A stretch of 64,000 bases of DNA from Trichoplax sp. H2 (lineage: Eukaryota), in assembly GCA_003344405.1 (NCBI GenBank), contig NOWV01000129.1:1-64000 (forward strand). The letters are read 5' to 3'. The notes under the pieces were generated by a model. That model ran no database searches. It saw only the letters and a list, made by a program, of their open reading frames with translations, and had not been told where the DNA came from. This document shows, in pieces, positions 26,880-39,717 of the stretch. How positions within the stretch are numbered: position 1 is the stretch's first letter; each line of letters starts with the position of its first letter. The position numbers and the translations under genes were made by a program.

Positions 26880-29800
26880 ATGGGTTGCGGAGAGAGATGT
26901 ATGCTGATTTCATTTTATATCATCACCTTTGGCTTTATGGTAGGTATTTTTTCTTTTACGAAAAGTTATAATAGATTGAAATTTAAAATTTCTATTCCCC
27001 AGTAGTAGTGTTTCTACTATTCAACTTAGAAATAAGTATGTTAATCAGATCCTTCTATCAGACGTAGGCTAGTTGTTCTGGTCGCAATGGAAGGAGATGA
27101 ATAAATTTTGAAGTTTCTGAAATATTAGCTTACAAAATTGTCCTAAAATGCAGCGGGTTAATGGAATAGGTCATAGCTACAACCGAGTAAAAATTAGCGA
27201 TATTAAATGATCTTGAATTCAATTTTAGATTTAATCACGATCGCTATCTTGATTGATTACCCTATATCTGAGATCCATAATAGAGTAGGCTCCTAAGCTA
27301 ACCCATTAAGATTTTAAATATTTGACCACTATTAATGAATAGATTGTACAGAAGATAAGGCAGTTTAAAATCGATTAAAACTTAAACATACCAGCTAAAG
27401 ATATTCTTATCGCAACTCCTATTCATTTTTATCTGCTAAGTATCGAGAACATATGGTTAATCTTGGAATGGATAATTAAGTTAGAGCGTAGATTTTCTAC
27501 TTGTTTTAGGCGTTTAATGCCCTTAGTTTTTTCTGATGTAGACAATACGTTTGCAATAATTTCTACTTTCTCACCGTCTTTCTCTGCTTAATCGGCTATG
27601 CTTCCATCTAATTCTAAAAAAAATTGATTATGGGCTGATATTAGTTTACAATAAGTACCGGTATAAGTTCTACTTGAAAATATTTCTGTGCCTGTGGGTA
27701 GACGATAAACTAAGCTACGGTGCTTAGCAATTTAAAGTAATTTAAGAGAAATGCGGTGAGATCTTGGCATGTTTGCAGTAGAATATCTTAATGTGGTCTT
27801 TATGGATAAATTTTAGGATAATAATCATTACCTATAGTATCCTGTTTACTTTCATCTAAAAATGACATAAATGGAAAATAATGTTGACATGAAAATTACC
27901 AATTAACGTAATTTACGAGAAATAAGGCGAGACCTTTGCTTGTTTGCAGTAGAATATCAGCTGGATATCTTTAGAAATATAGCCTTTATGGATATATTTT
28001 ATGATAATAGCTATTCCTGTATTCTTTCATAGAAGAGTGAAATAAATACAAGATAGCATTAATGTGAAGATTACTATTTGATTTGATATAATCGTAAGGT
28101 CCTTGGAGCAGCTTTACTTGGGCTGGGTATTTATATTCGGACTAATGGAAATGGTTTAGATATTGTTGTCGATACATCATGGCATACTGCAGCATATCTC
28201 ATGATCGCAATTGGCGTAATGGTCTTCTTAATTTCACTACTGGGATGTTTAGGAGCAGTAAGGAAGAGCACATGTCTACTTGGCACTGTAAGTTAAGCCA
28301 ACATGTAATATTTCTACATCGATTCCTATTTTTCCATTTCTCTGTTTTCTGTTTTCCTTTTGCATTGAACCAGTTGATATCTAGATGCATGATTTTATTT
28401 TTGAAACTACCAAACTGCATCCTTGATGAATTAAACAGTGTGTAAAGTTTATTAAAATAGTCATCAAAATGCGATTTCTATTTCATTTTCGAATCTATAG
28501 AGGTTGTAAGCTTTAATGTTATTTTACTTAGCATTACAAATTATGTACTAGTAGTGAAATAAATGCATAAGATAGTACTGAAAAGTAACGAGTTCTCAGT
28601 AAGGTGCATATTATTTTTAGCTATAGAGAAAACAGACAAGTACGCAAGAGAAAATAACAGTTCATATTTACCTACAGAATTCATGATTCTACGGTATTTG
28701 TCGAATATCGTTGTCGATAAAACTAATCTAACAGAGGGATTTTGCTCATGAATTAGAAAGTATTTAACGTTCATATCAAGAATTACTATCGTGTAGCCAA
28801 GAGAGAAAACAATGCAAATGTTATTCGTTAGCATATGAAATATGACTTCTATTTTTACGTTATGGATTAATTATTTTGTGTTTTGATTACTGAAACAACT
28901 TCGAAATAGTAAAGTGATCGATGTTTAATAAGAGGAATAATGATGATTACAATCCCGATATAATCGTCATTTCTAATTCTAACTTCAGCTGATTCAATGA
29001 GGATAATTCATGGGTTTAACTAATTTAACAGCTTACTAGAGTAAAGTTTTGCACGAAATAATTGTTCCATATCCTTTTTTACTCCTTATATGCGTAGTAT
29101 CTTAGCTGTATGATTGCTATATTCATCGTGGAATTAGCAGGAGCCATTTATGCTGGTATTAATCGCACTGCAGTAAGTATCTTTCTCTTTCTAGCTGCAA
29201 AGCATATACAAAATATACGCTGATATTTGCATGCGATTGTTTTATCGTTAATTGCTAGAAATACTATTTTTTATAAAATAAAGGTTGAAAGTACCATCAG
29301 AAATAAATTTAGCACGGAAGTTAAAGATTCATACGGACAACCTCAAAAAAATGCTATTACAACAGGAATCGATCAAATCCAAACACTGGTAAATATGGAA
29401 TGATAAATCTATCCGTTCTAGAACTTTGAGATAGAATTTTGCTATCTACGAATTGATTTATGGTTAATTTTGTTAATCCGATTGTATCTTCAATTTCTCT
29501 CTATCACTGCTATTATAATAGTTCCAATGCTGTGGAATAGATTCGCCTTTTAACTGGACCAATTCGAAATGGTCGAACAGCAAGCCAGTAGGGAATTATG
29601 GTCCTCCCGTTCCAGATTCTTGCTGTAAAATGGAAATGCCAAACTGTGGTACTAATCCAGCTAATCATTATAATGAAACCATATTCACAGAAGCAATCTA
29701 TCAACAGGTTAGAATTACTGTACCACAATGCAATCATGAGGCCTCTTTTAACTATAAATCGTGCATTCTCTTTTTTTAACATATCAGATGAAACGTTAAT

Positions 29801-30764
29801 ATTGATCGAGAGTAAAAATTGTAAATTAATCACTCTATTCTATTGATCTGTTCGATATCTTACATTACAGGGGTGCTATATCAAAATTCGCGATTTAATC
29901 TCTAATAATATAGCCATCGCAATCGCTATTTTAGCAACATTTGGCTGCCTGCAGGTTAATTTTAGATTGCATGTGTTTATGATTGCCATTTTTTCTTATT
30001 TTAATCCTAAATCGATCCTTTAGTTTCGTTATATACAGTTAAGTGACTGAAATTGCTAATGATAATTATTCGGTTATCTACGAGCATAGTTACGCTTACT
30101 TTTGATTTTATGGGCATAATCATAATATTTGCATATAGCTCAAAGGTTTAGCCTATCGCTCTGGTGTGTAGTTGCTCGACTAATTGCTAATACATCAAAC
30201 CTTGCCTAACAGGCTTAATTCACCGACATAAAATTAGAGGATCCAACTGTTAATTATAGCTCGATTATCTATGAGCAAAGCTACTCTTACTTTAGTTTAC
30301 CAATATAATTTTTTTAAGCCTGCCTGATAGGCGTGATTTACATACACAAAGTTAAAGGATCCAACTGTTAACGACGTCTAGATTATATAAATATCGGAGC
30401 TATTCTTACTTTAGTTTATGAGCATGCTTAAGCTACACAAAGCTCAAGAATCTAACTGCTAACGATAGCTCGAATATTTGTTAACAGAGCTGCTCTTACT
30501 TTAGTTTGTAACCGTGATTATGATAATTACATAAAGTTACATGATTCAACTGTTCATTATAGATAGTTGGCCTCCTAATAGCGAGGTTGCTTTATAGTAC
30601 TCTCGGTTATGAGTATGGTTATGAGATTTAACGGATTTAAAGCTAAATGATTGATCATTGAAATAAAATTGTTCGGCTACCTATTAAGGTGATTACTCTT
30701 ATTTTAGCTGGTAGGCATGGTCATGGCTGCTTGCTTAATACGACATGTGAAGAAAGAAGAGTGA
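26880..30764 (+). CDS. Tetraspanin D (6-Cys EC2), ~251 aa
   Basis: Exons 26880-26939 (MGCGERCMLISFYIITFGFM), 28099-28287, 29098-29172, 29284-29388, 29522-29707 (FQCCG..VPDSCC..NCG), 29871-29954 (GCY), 30708-30764 (..LIRHVKKEE*). Same 189/75/105/186/84 exon sizes, all introns phase 0. Confidence 0.95.
27731..28076. repeat. Two-copy ~170-bp degenerate tandem duplication in tetraspanin D intron 1
   Basis: GTAATTTA.GAGAAAT..GG.GAGA...TGTTTGCAGTAGAATATC...CTTTATGGATA.ATTTTA.GATAATA occurs at ~27737 and ~27908. Confidence 0.8.
30050..30706. repeat. Degenerate ~90-120 bp tandem repeat filling tetraspanin D last intron
   Basis: GGATCCAACTGTTAA...TAGCTCGATTAT...AGCTACTCTTACTTTAGTTT variants at ~30238, 30357, 30447 and 30543, with weaker copies at both edges. 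Confidence 0.75.
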
Positions 30765-31339
30765 TGTAAGAAGAGCAATGTACTAGCTTTTCAGCCTTGA
30801 GTGATTATATTGTTTGCATACTTTATATATCGCGATCAGGATGATAGAGTAATATTCTATCTTTGCACTTATCATCATGATTAAATTAAGCTATGTTATC
30901 AAGTAATTAATTAGCACAGTTACTAGACTGGTGCTAGTAACAAGTAATGCATAGAAGTGAAAAAGTTTTGTGTGCCTGTACCTTTCTCTGATCGATAACG
31001 TGTACTATCAGTTAAGAATCATAAATGCTGCCGTCTTACTTAAATTTAGACTAGTAACGAGGAATAAACTGACAAGGAGGCTCAATTAAGGCTGCCTTTA
31101 TAATACGTAGGAATTGCTTATTTTGTTTTGTTTTCTTAATTTATGAAAAATAAATGATTATACGCGTAGAGCTAAGTAATTTTACTGTTCGCTATAAAAA
31201 TAGACGTCGTTTTCATAGATTTTTGACATTCTTTGTGCATATAATTTATCTGTAAAATAAATCTATTCTGTTTTCTCCTAACTACTCTCTGATTGTAGTC
31301 TAAATTGCATTTATTCGATTCGTTTGAATTAATAATAGC

Positions 31340-32240
31340 CCTACTTTAAGTTGTTATCGTCTTACATGCTATTGCAGATGTAGGAATAATGTTGATTAAG
31401 CTAGGAAAATCATAAGTAATCATGATAACTCTATATAAAGTTGTCTACTATATGCTTGTTATTACATATATTCAGATATTATTGGCCGATCAGGCAAATA
31501 CAAGTTATTCTAAAAACGATATCGGGCGATAGCTGTAAGAATCTTTATATTTGTGTTTTACTGAACTTGTTTCAGTAATGATATCGTGATCTTGATTAAG
31601 CGAGAGAAATCATTAGCCATGATAGTCTCTACTTTAAGTTATTAACTACATCCACGCTACTACAAATATTCGGGTGGTATCGGCAGATTGAGGAAATAAA
31701 AGTTATTCTATAAATGAATATAGAGTGTACAGCTGCAATTGGAACTGTCCAGTTAACAGTAGTAGATAAGTCTATAATAGAGAAACTAGACAAATGCCCA
31801 TCTTAAAGTTTCCGGGAGATAAGTAGAGGATATTCTGGATACGTTCTCTGAAATGTAAAATTTTATATTTTCGAAAGATATCCAGAATATCTGGATATTT
31901 AAATTTATACCGTATAAGATGATGATGTTAAAAAGAACTGCGTCTCTTCTAACTACGGAAGAGAGTTCTAATATGATCTTCTGTAATTACTCGTGTAAAA
32001 TTTTATATTTAAGAAGAGATATTCAGAATATCTGCAGGAAAAAAGATCGTTTAAATCCAGCATCTACATTTTAAAAGCCGCAATTGCAAAATTACTGGAT
32101 ATATATAACAGATATCCAATAAGAAGATTAATTGATATTTAAATTTATACCGGTACCGTATAAGATGATGATATTATGAAGAAATGTATATCTTATAACT
32201 GGCGAAGAGAGTTCTAATATGATCTTACGTTATTAATCAT
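31340..32240. repeat. Two sets of degenerate local duplications between convergent tetraspanins D and E
   Basis: CTACTTTAAGTT.TTA..(AAGTTATTCTA.AAA) variants at ~31341, 31445 and 31629. TGTAAAATTTTATATTT..GATAT.CAGAATATCTG and GATATTTAAATTTATACCG..TATAAGATGATGAT..GAAGAGAGTTCTAATATGATCTT each occur twice in 31854-32230. Confidence 0.75.
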
Positions 32241-33603
32241 GATTAGTCTGGTATCTTAAATATCGTCTTGATTACGATATCATAGAAACTCACAAAAATC
32301 CGCAATATAGGTACCATATGAAAGGCCATTTAATCTCAAGGATCTATTGCTATTACATATATTTTTTCTGTAAACTGTTTAGATTACTGTCATGATAAAA
32401 TTTAAGCTTAGACTTAGAAATGAAATTAGTTTACATAGTTAAAGATGAACAAGTAATCATCAATTTAAAGTTATACCAATACAAAAGAATGCAAAGTAAT
32501 ATTTAAATGGAAGGATGAATGAAGGTATTGGCTATTTTAGTAAATAGGACAAAATATGAATAATTTAAGCACTTCATCTACATATTGAACTGACGAAATG
32601 GGTTGCGAATAAGTTACTATAGTTTATGTCCTTATTAAGTGAATATGGGTGAATTAATAGCTGTACAATATTATTGCATTCTTTATCCAGAATAAAATAA
32701 ACGATAAGAAACTTTCAAAAACAGCTACAGAAACATCTATACCCAAGAATAGAGCAACGTGACCTTGCTAAAAGCAAAGCGTCGCATCAGTCAAAGTTGG
32801 TAGTTAGTTAATGATACACAAATTATTGTTTCCATAAATTTGAAAGCTGTGTTGGATTCCTTTTGTGTCATAATATACTACGATTATCTGTAGTTCTTAA
32901 AACATTTCTGTACTGTAAACTTCTTATAATTCATGTAGCATCTAAATAAATATTTCTAAATTAAATATGCCTAATATAGGTTACACAATTTTACTGCTTG
33001 TAGTTGTCTCACTAGAAAATCTGATAGCACACCATAGAATAAGGCAACAGATACTGGTTATAGTACGTTAGTAATGGCTAGATTCATTTGTTCAAGAGAG
33101 TGCAGATAACAGATAGGCATTACATTTGTATGTGGATAGTTTATAAGCAATAAACCTGAAAGTTAGCTATCAATTTATTATGGCTAGAACACGTTCTAAT
33201 GTCGAATGTAAGTGTTTGAATCTATTCTTCTACTAATATAAAGCTTTCAAGATGTAATAAAAGCAATGTATCTATGGGCTAGATTTGGCGGAAAATCTAC
33301 CTTAATTCAGCCAGAATAAAATTGCACATAGACTATGAAAGAAGTCAGAAATAATCTACAGTTTCATAAATATTATGTTAAACTGAATTGCTACTCCTGT
33401 AACTAAGTTATCAAATTGCTCAGTAAGCTTGGTATGGCCGACTTATTTTTACAAATCAATAAACAGACGAATACGTTAATAGCACGATATCGTATTTAAA
33501 GAATAATAGAATATTGAACATGTCTTTATACACGGTTGTTCAGAAACAACAAATTGCTTTGAAGATGGATATTAAATTGCTCTACAATTCTTGAAATGAA
33601 TAC

Positions 33604-36445
33604 TTAACATGGGAGACATCCACGGTTTTTAATTTTAATTTTAGCTTCAACATCTTGACCGCCCTTTACCGAAAGCTTGACTTTGGTGTACGCAGATTGT
33701 CGGTGAAACTCGCGACATAGGCAACAACTAAATATAATTCCCAATATCTACAATAAAATGAAGTGACATTATACTCGTATATATTTTCAAATATCTTGCT
33801 TACGTATTTATGCTTAAATAGGGTAATTTATCGACTTAATACAGTAATCGCTGTAATAGCATCGTATTTATTTATAAATTATAATATTTATGCAATGAGA
33901 TGATTATTCATCTATTGGCCTATAATTCATAACAAAATATAACAGAACTGTTAAAGTACAGGTTACGCTATATTTCCATTATGTAATATTTATTCAATAA
34001 CACTGAAAATTAAATTTACACCGATACAAATTGGTGCTATGAAAGTTCCAATCGTTAATTGTAAGGTAAATATACGTACTAATTGTTACTATATATTTTT
34101 ATCACCAATTGCCATGGAGTAGGCTATATGTGGAGCTAATCTGTTTCGATTGCAACATATCTATACATAATAACTAGATTTTATATCTGAAGAATAGCCC
34201 TAATTTAATGCTAACCTGCAAAAGGGCTACAGCCAAAGAAATACCACCTATTGCTAATAAATTTCGCTTGCTATAATCAATAAATTTTGTCAGGCATCCC
34301 TGAAAAATTAAAGAAAAGCAGTCGGATATCGTTAAGTAGGTTACCAAAGATTGGAAGTAGCCGTTTGCTCTTAAACATGGCTAAAGAACTATTTTAGTAT
34401 CACAAAGCTATCAAGATTATCAAAAAAGATTCGTTAAACTTAATAAGTACTAGAAATTGACGAGATTTCAGTCTTGCAATATAAGCATATGCATTTATTA
34501 TGGGATACTTACTGTATTATAGATATTAGTAATATTGCCTTGTTTGCCGCAATTTTTAGCCATACTAACACAGCATGAATCTGGAACAATCGGCTTTCCA
34601 TTGGCGAAGGAACTGTTATACCAAGAAGCAATAGTAGTTGCTCCACAACAGTGAAACTGTCCATGCAAGAAAATAAAATGAATTTGATCAAAAAACTATG
34701 TCAGTTTATAGATTAACTGATTCGGATAAAAGAGAATCTATATAGAATAATCAAATTACCTTTTGCTGAACCTCATTGACTGTTGTTATGGTTGCGTTGT
34801 GGCCGTTACCATAATCACTCATGACTTGACTTATAAATCGAGTAGCATAGTTTCGAACAGTGTCACGATAGACATAACCAATAATTCCAGCAGTAATTTC
34901 GATGGCAGTAATAATGGCAAGGATAACCGTGTACTAGATTAAAGGTTTAATTAAAGACGAGAAAATTATTAAGATATCGCTTTGTAAGTATCTCGAACTG
35001 CAAAGACTGATTCAGATATGGATTTAAGCTTCACTAGTAGTTGATTCATATTTGATCAATATTATATTGATTGCTACCCCTATTCATATTTTGATTTTCA
35101 TAAACAAGAAATCCTCAATACTTTCAAACAAGGATCAAATGTATATTAGCCTAGTATTGAAATTTAAAATCATTTCATTCGAACTGAATTATTTCTAGTA
35201 GTTTCTACAATTGTTTATATGATCATGTTTAGTTTACTGCGGTTTAAAATAACTTCAGATGTTAGTTAGAATAATTACCGCAATAAATGTTGGATATACA
35301 TTTCAGAACAGAAGAGTATTAAATTTCAAGTGATATCGAGTAGAAAGAGGAACTTATAAGTATGATAGTTAGGTAATGTGATGTATTGGTAATTCAAAAG
35401 TTTGTAAAATACAAAATAAAAAATAGCTGATAAGTGAAGAATTTGAATTGACAAATAATTATCTTAGCTAATCTACAGATGCTAATTTGTGCAATCACCG
35501 CAGTAAATGTTGGATATCAATTTAAGAACAGAATAGTAATAAATTTCAGGAGATATCGATTGTAAGTAGGAATTTAAAAGTATGATAGTAGGGTAATATG
35601 ATGCAATAGCATTTTAAAAGTTTGTAAATAAATAATAATAAAATGTCTGATACATGGGAAGTTAAATTGATAAGTCATAACCAAAGCTAGTCTAGTATTA
35701 TTGAAAAAGTTGTACTAACTCATATAATGCCTTACCAGTAGCAGTACACATGTATTGCCTGCCCAAGCTCCACAGCATCCAAGCCCAGCGATAACAATGA
35801 TTAGACAACCGGCAGCTACTGCTACAGCAATTCCTCCTTTCAATGTACTATCGCTAAAGGCTGGTAATTGGTTATACTGCAATAGTGCATAAATTCCTAC
35901 TGCCATAATCGCGATACCAATTGCCTGTATACGTGGATAAAGGTAAAATCGTGTTATATATGATAAAGTCGAAAGAAAAGCGATAAATTAGGTTAATGAA
36001 TAAAACTTTGTATGTGCGTTAATCCTTAGAGAGTAACACAAATTTCTATATTTTTTAATCCGATACAATATCTTCGAACGATTACATAAGTATTTTCTAC
36101 TACTAGTATTGAAAACTAGATAGTACGGGTACTTATAGTACTTCTTCATTACTAATAAAGGAAATATCACAGAGTATGTTAATTAAAAGATAATAAAATG
36201 CTATGAAATGATAGTAGTTTGTGAAAGTAAGTTTACAGCTAAATTGATATAGACTAAAATGTGACATTTTCTTATACTGCTTGTAAAGCAAATTGTTTAT
36301 AAATATCTATAATATTAGCCTAAACTTATGCTATGACAAAAAGTCATATGTTAAAAGATGAAACGTGTTTGTTTATTACCGTAAATATCAAATTTAAACA
36401 CCAAAATATGATACGAATACATTGGTATCCAGAACGAAGATGCAT
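33604..36445 (-). CDS. Tetraspanin E (6-Cys EC2, long C-tail), ~266 aa
   Basis: Minus-strand exons 36445-36380 (MHLRSGYQCIRIIFWCLNLIFT), 35924-35736 (..GLGCCGAWAGNTCVLLL), 34933-34760 (fused exon 3+4), 34656-34513 (FHCCG..VPDSCC..NCG), 34299-34216 (GCL), 33747-33604 (ILGIIFSCCLCREFHRQSAYTKVKLSVKGGQDVEAKIKIKNRGCLPC*). Confidence 0.95.
35254..35690. repeat. Two-copy ~220-bp tandem duplication in tetraspanin E intron 2
   Basis: CAGATG.TA...ACCGCA.TAAATGTTGGATAT...AGAACAGAA.AGTA.TAAATTTCA..GATATCGA...AAGTATGATAGT.GGTAAT.TGATG...AAAAGTTTGTAAA occurs at ~35256 and ~35476. Confidence 0.9.
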
Positions 36446-37033
36446 TCTTGATTCAGTTGAAGGTTATTGGAGGATACAATAATAACTTGCTATAAATGGG
36501 TTAATGTTGATTTAAGTAGCGTAGTAGAATAAAATTCGGGTTTCTATGGACTAGTTACGACTTTTATCCTTCCCGTTTTATCGACTAGGCTACAAAAGTT
36601 GAATTGTAAATAACAAAATCGTCGACTGCCTATCGATAAACTTGGAAAGTAGGGAAGAAAATATTATAGAAAATTGTCTTAGCTAGATAGCCTGATGAAA
36701 CACATGTAGACAGCAGTGTATCGAATTTTATATTAGAAGGCAACGCAAAATATCAGCTTAATTCTATCAGCAACTTAGGCATATCAAATAGATCAACTTT
36801 GGATTGATTGGGCTTGCTATTATCGAGAAAAAGGATAGGCATCAATCATGCTATAGACAAGTAAGTGACGTTGCTACTTTCATCAATAGTAAACTAGTCA
36901 TTAGACTGACGTAAGAATTAATATCCAAATAGACAAAAAGGATAGCAGTATTGCCAGAATAAAATGAAGAAAGGGTAGCTATGATTAGGTTAGAGTAGTC
37001 AGATTGACTAAAAAATTGCTATGGTAACCAGAT

Positions 37034-37043
37034 GCCACGTGAC
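37034..37043 (-). promoter_or_regulatory. CLEAR-like E-box upstream of tetraspanin E
   Basis: The minus strand reads GTCACGTGGC, 9/10 identical to the CLEAR consensus GTCACGTGAC, ~590 bp upstream of the ATG. Motif match only. Confidence 0.3.
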
Positions 37044-37124
37044 GATGACGACACGCTACGTATTAAAGTAGGTCTAATTAACAGTTTATAGATCAGCTGG
37101 CTGCAATTATTATCGATTAGTACC

Positions 37125-37125
<1 letters not shown>

Positions 37126-37150
<25 letters not shown>
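37126..37150. repeat. (TA)n microsatellite
   Basis: About 12 uninterrupted TA units. Confidence 0.95.
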
Positions 37151-37155
<5 letters not shown>

Positions 37156-37272
37156 TTCAATTTTAACTGAATTAACACTTATAATGGATTAAAATCATAT
37201 TATTGGAATGTGAATAAAAACTCTTCATGCTTAATTGAATGTCCACTGAACGCCAATTAATTAATCGACTAA

Positions 37273-38022
37273 AATTTTTATTTTCGCTGTAATAGTTACA
37301 GCTAACAAGTGAATAATGGAAGGGAATGAATTAAATAGAAAAATGGAACAGATTTGTTGATCTACGAGGCATCTATCTTCAAAGTGGAATAATTGGGCGA
37401 CAATGAAAAGTATACTATTGATCTACAGAAATTTTATTTTCGCTATTATAGCGTCGCGAAGTGACTTACACTATCTAATGCTTATCTTATTTCGTTAGAT
37501 GGCATAATTTGGTATTTATCGAAACTACCGTTATCTATTATGTTATACGTTCTTTTATAAATAAATGTATACTGTAGTCTAAAATATTAAGTAAGTACTA
37601 ATAACGAATGTTTACGAAAATTGACTATAAATTGACTAGTTTTTCAATAGAGTTTGGGTTAAGTTTTGTCTAAAGAGAGAGTTATAGTTTTCAGCAATAG
37701 TTCTACTTTTCGTCGTTTTGACAAATTTACATTTTTAACAAATGGTCATTGCTAACAAGTGAATGATAGAAGAGAAAGGATAAAATAAATAAAATTGAAC
37801 AGATTTGTGGACCTATGAGACTTCCGAGTATATCCTAAAAGGGGATGAATCTGACAAAAGTGAGAAGAGTACTATTAATCTGCAGAAAATTTATTTTCGA
37901 AGTAGTGGTTATTACTAACAAGTGAATGATGGAAGGGAATGGATAAAATAAATTGAAAAGATCTGTTGACCTACCAGACATAAACCTAATAGTGGATTAA
38001 TCTAGCGAAAGTGAAAAGTGTA
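37273..38022. repeat. Three degenerate copies of a ~160-170 bp unit
   Basis: CTAACAAGTGAAT.AT.GAAG.GAA.G.AT.AAATA...GAACAGATTTGT.GA.CTA occurs at ~37302, ~37752 and ~37915. The first copy is separated from the others by ~280 bp of unrelated sequence. Confidence 0.85.
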
Positions 38023-39717
38023 TGAAACTGCTTCTCTTTTGAAATGAGAAATAGACATCCTACATACCCTATTAGTCTATTAGATGTAAAGTGTATAGGG
38101 AGTAATAGTCTCTAAATGTATTTCAAATCGGAAATTACTTTCTAATATATAAAATTTCTATGCAAAATATTCGAATTTAGTAAATATAGAAGCCTAAGCG
38201 AGATCTTTTGCAGATCATTGGCGTTCTTTCCTGTCTACCAACTTGGTAAAATGATTTTAAAATGTGATACTAGATAATCTTGAAGGCCAGCCATGCTCAA
38301 AATCATATTAAATAGTTTTTATTTTATTAAAATTGACGATATAACATCCCAGATTGAATAAAACCCATTCAACCATTTAAAATACCATTTAAAGACGATG
38401 TATCAACTGTTGGTTGATCAATTTCATGAATTTATAGCTGTGTAAGCACATTTTGCTTTCTTGTGGTTCGCAGTTGTTATACAGGAATTTTACCCAATTC
38501 TGAATATCAATCGCAATTAGACGAATGTATAGATTAAAAAATATCGTAAGATCTGGCCGCCATTTAGATGTAATAGAGCCTTTCGATATTATATCCTCTT
38601 TATGTTTAATAAATATAAGAAAATCAAAAGACTCTTATTGCAAGTTATCCAGCGCAGGTTGATATTTCTCATTGTTTATTTTATTTAATCTTCGAGATAT
38701 TACGAATTAAGGGCTAGCTGTTAAAGTAATTTTATATAGTTTATAAAATTAGCTAGATTTGGTCATTATAAATTATAGCGAACTTGAATTTGTAAATACC
38801 ATATGATTGCTGCTTATTATAGTTGAAGCTTTAATTTATAACATCATATGTGAATATAACCCGTTGATGAAAGTAATATCATGCTTTATGCATTAACTCC
38901 GATATACTCCTGTTATTATTGGTTAGAAAGTTTACTCGAATCATCTAATTGCGTATTCGCTTAGTCTGCTATATCAATAAATTAAATTCATAAAGAATAG
39001 CGCTAACAACATATACTATTTGTTAACAGGGCTAGAATCGCTGTTGCTCTGACATAAATGAAATGAAAAAAAATGATCTTATTCGTTAAGTGTAGATCAA
39101 ATTAGGTAATAGGAGTAAGTTATAAAGGTGTATCGGTTTGTTACGATTTACTGGTAGTAGTAAGCTTAAGTCGTCTAAGATAAATTTAGCAGATCATTTT
39201 ACGAGTAAATGGTGTAGTATTACATAGTAGTCATGATCATAAGTATAGCAATATGGTATTATATTTAAATGAAAATTAGCTCTAGGTGTAAATAAAATGG
39301 ATACTAGATAATCATGTTTTATATGTGTAAATCAATTATAATAGCAAATTTATTCAAAGTCTTTGCGTTAATAAATAATCTTAGAAACTCTTTTATTAGT
39401 CTATGCGTTTATAAATGCAGCGATAAATCAATTATAGTTCTAACTTATGAAATTTTTATCACAGGTTTCACATATTATAAGTTAAGTCTTTACCATGCCA
39501 GCTATTTCAAGCATCACTTGTTAATCGTTGTTATAGATTCCATCATTTCATTTTCCTTCTAGGCTTTATGCGAATCAATCCATTTTGTGACGTAAAGACT
39601 TGAAAATTTTTAGTTCATTCAGTAAAGGAAGTCGATCGATGAAAGATTTAATGACCTCTATCAATAGATTAGCCATGATCATTTTCAATAGTTTTCTTGA
39701 AATTGTTGTGTTTGGAG

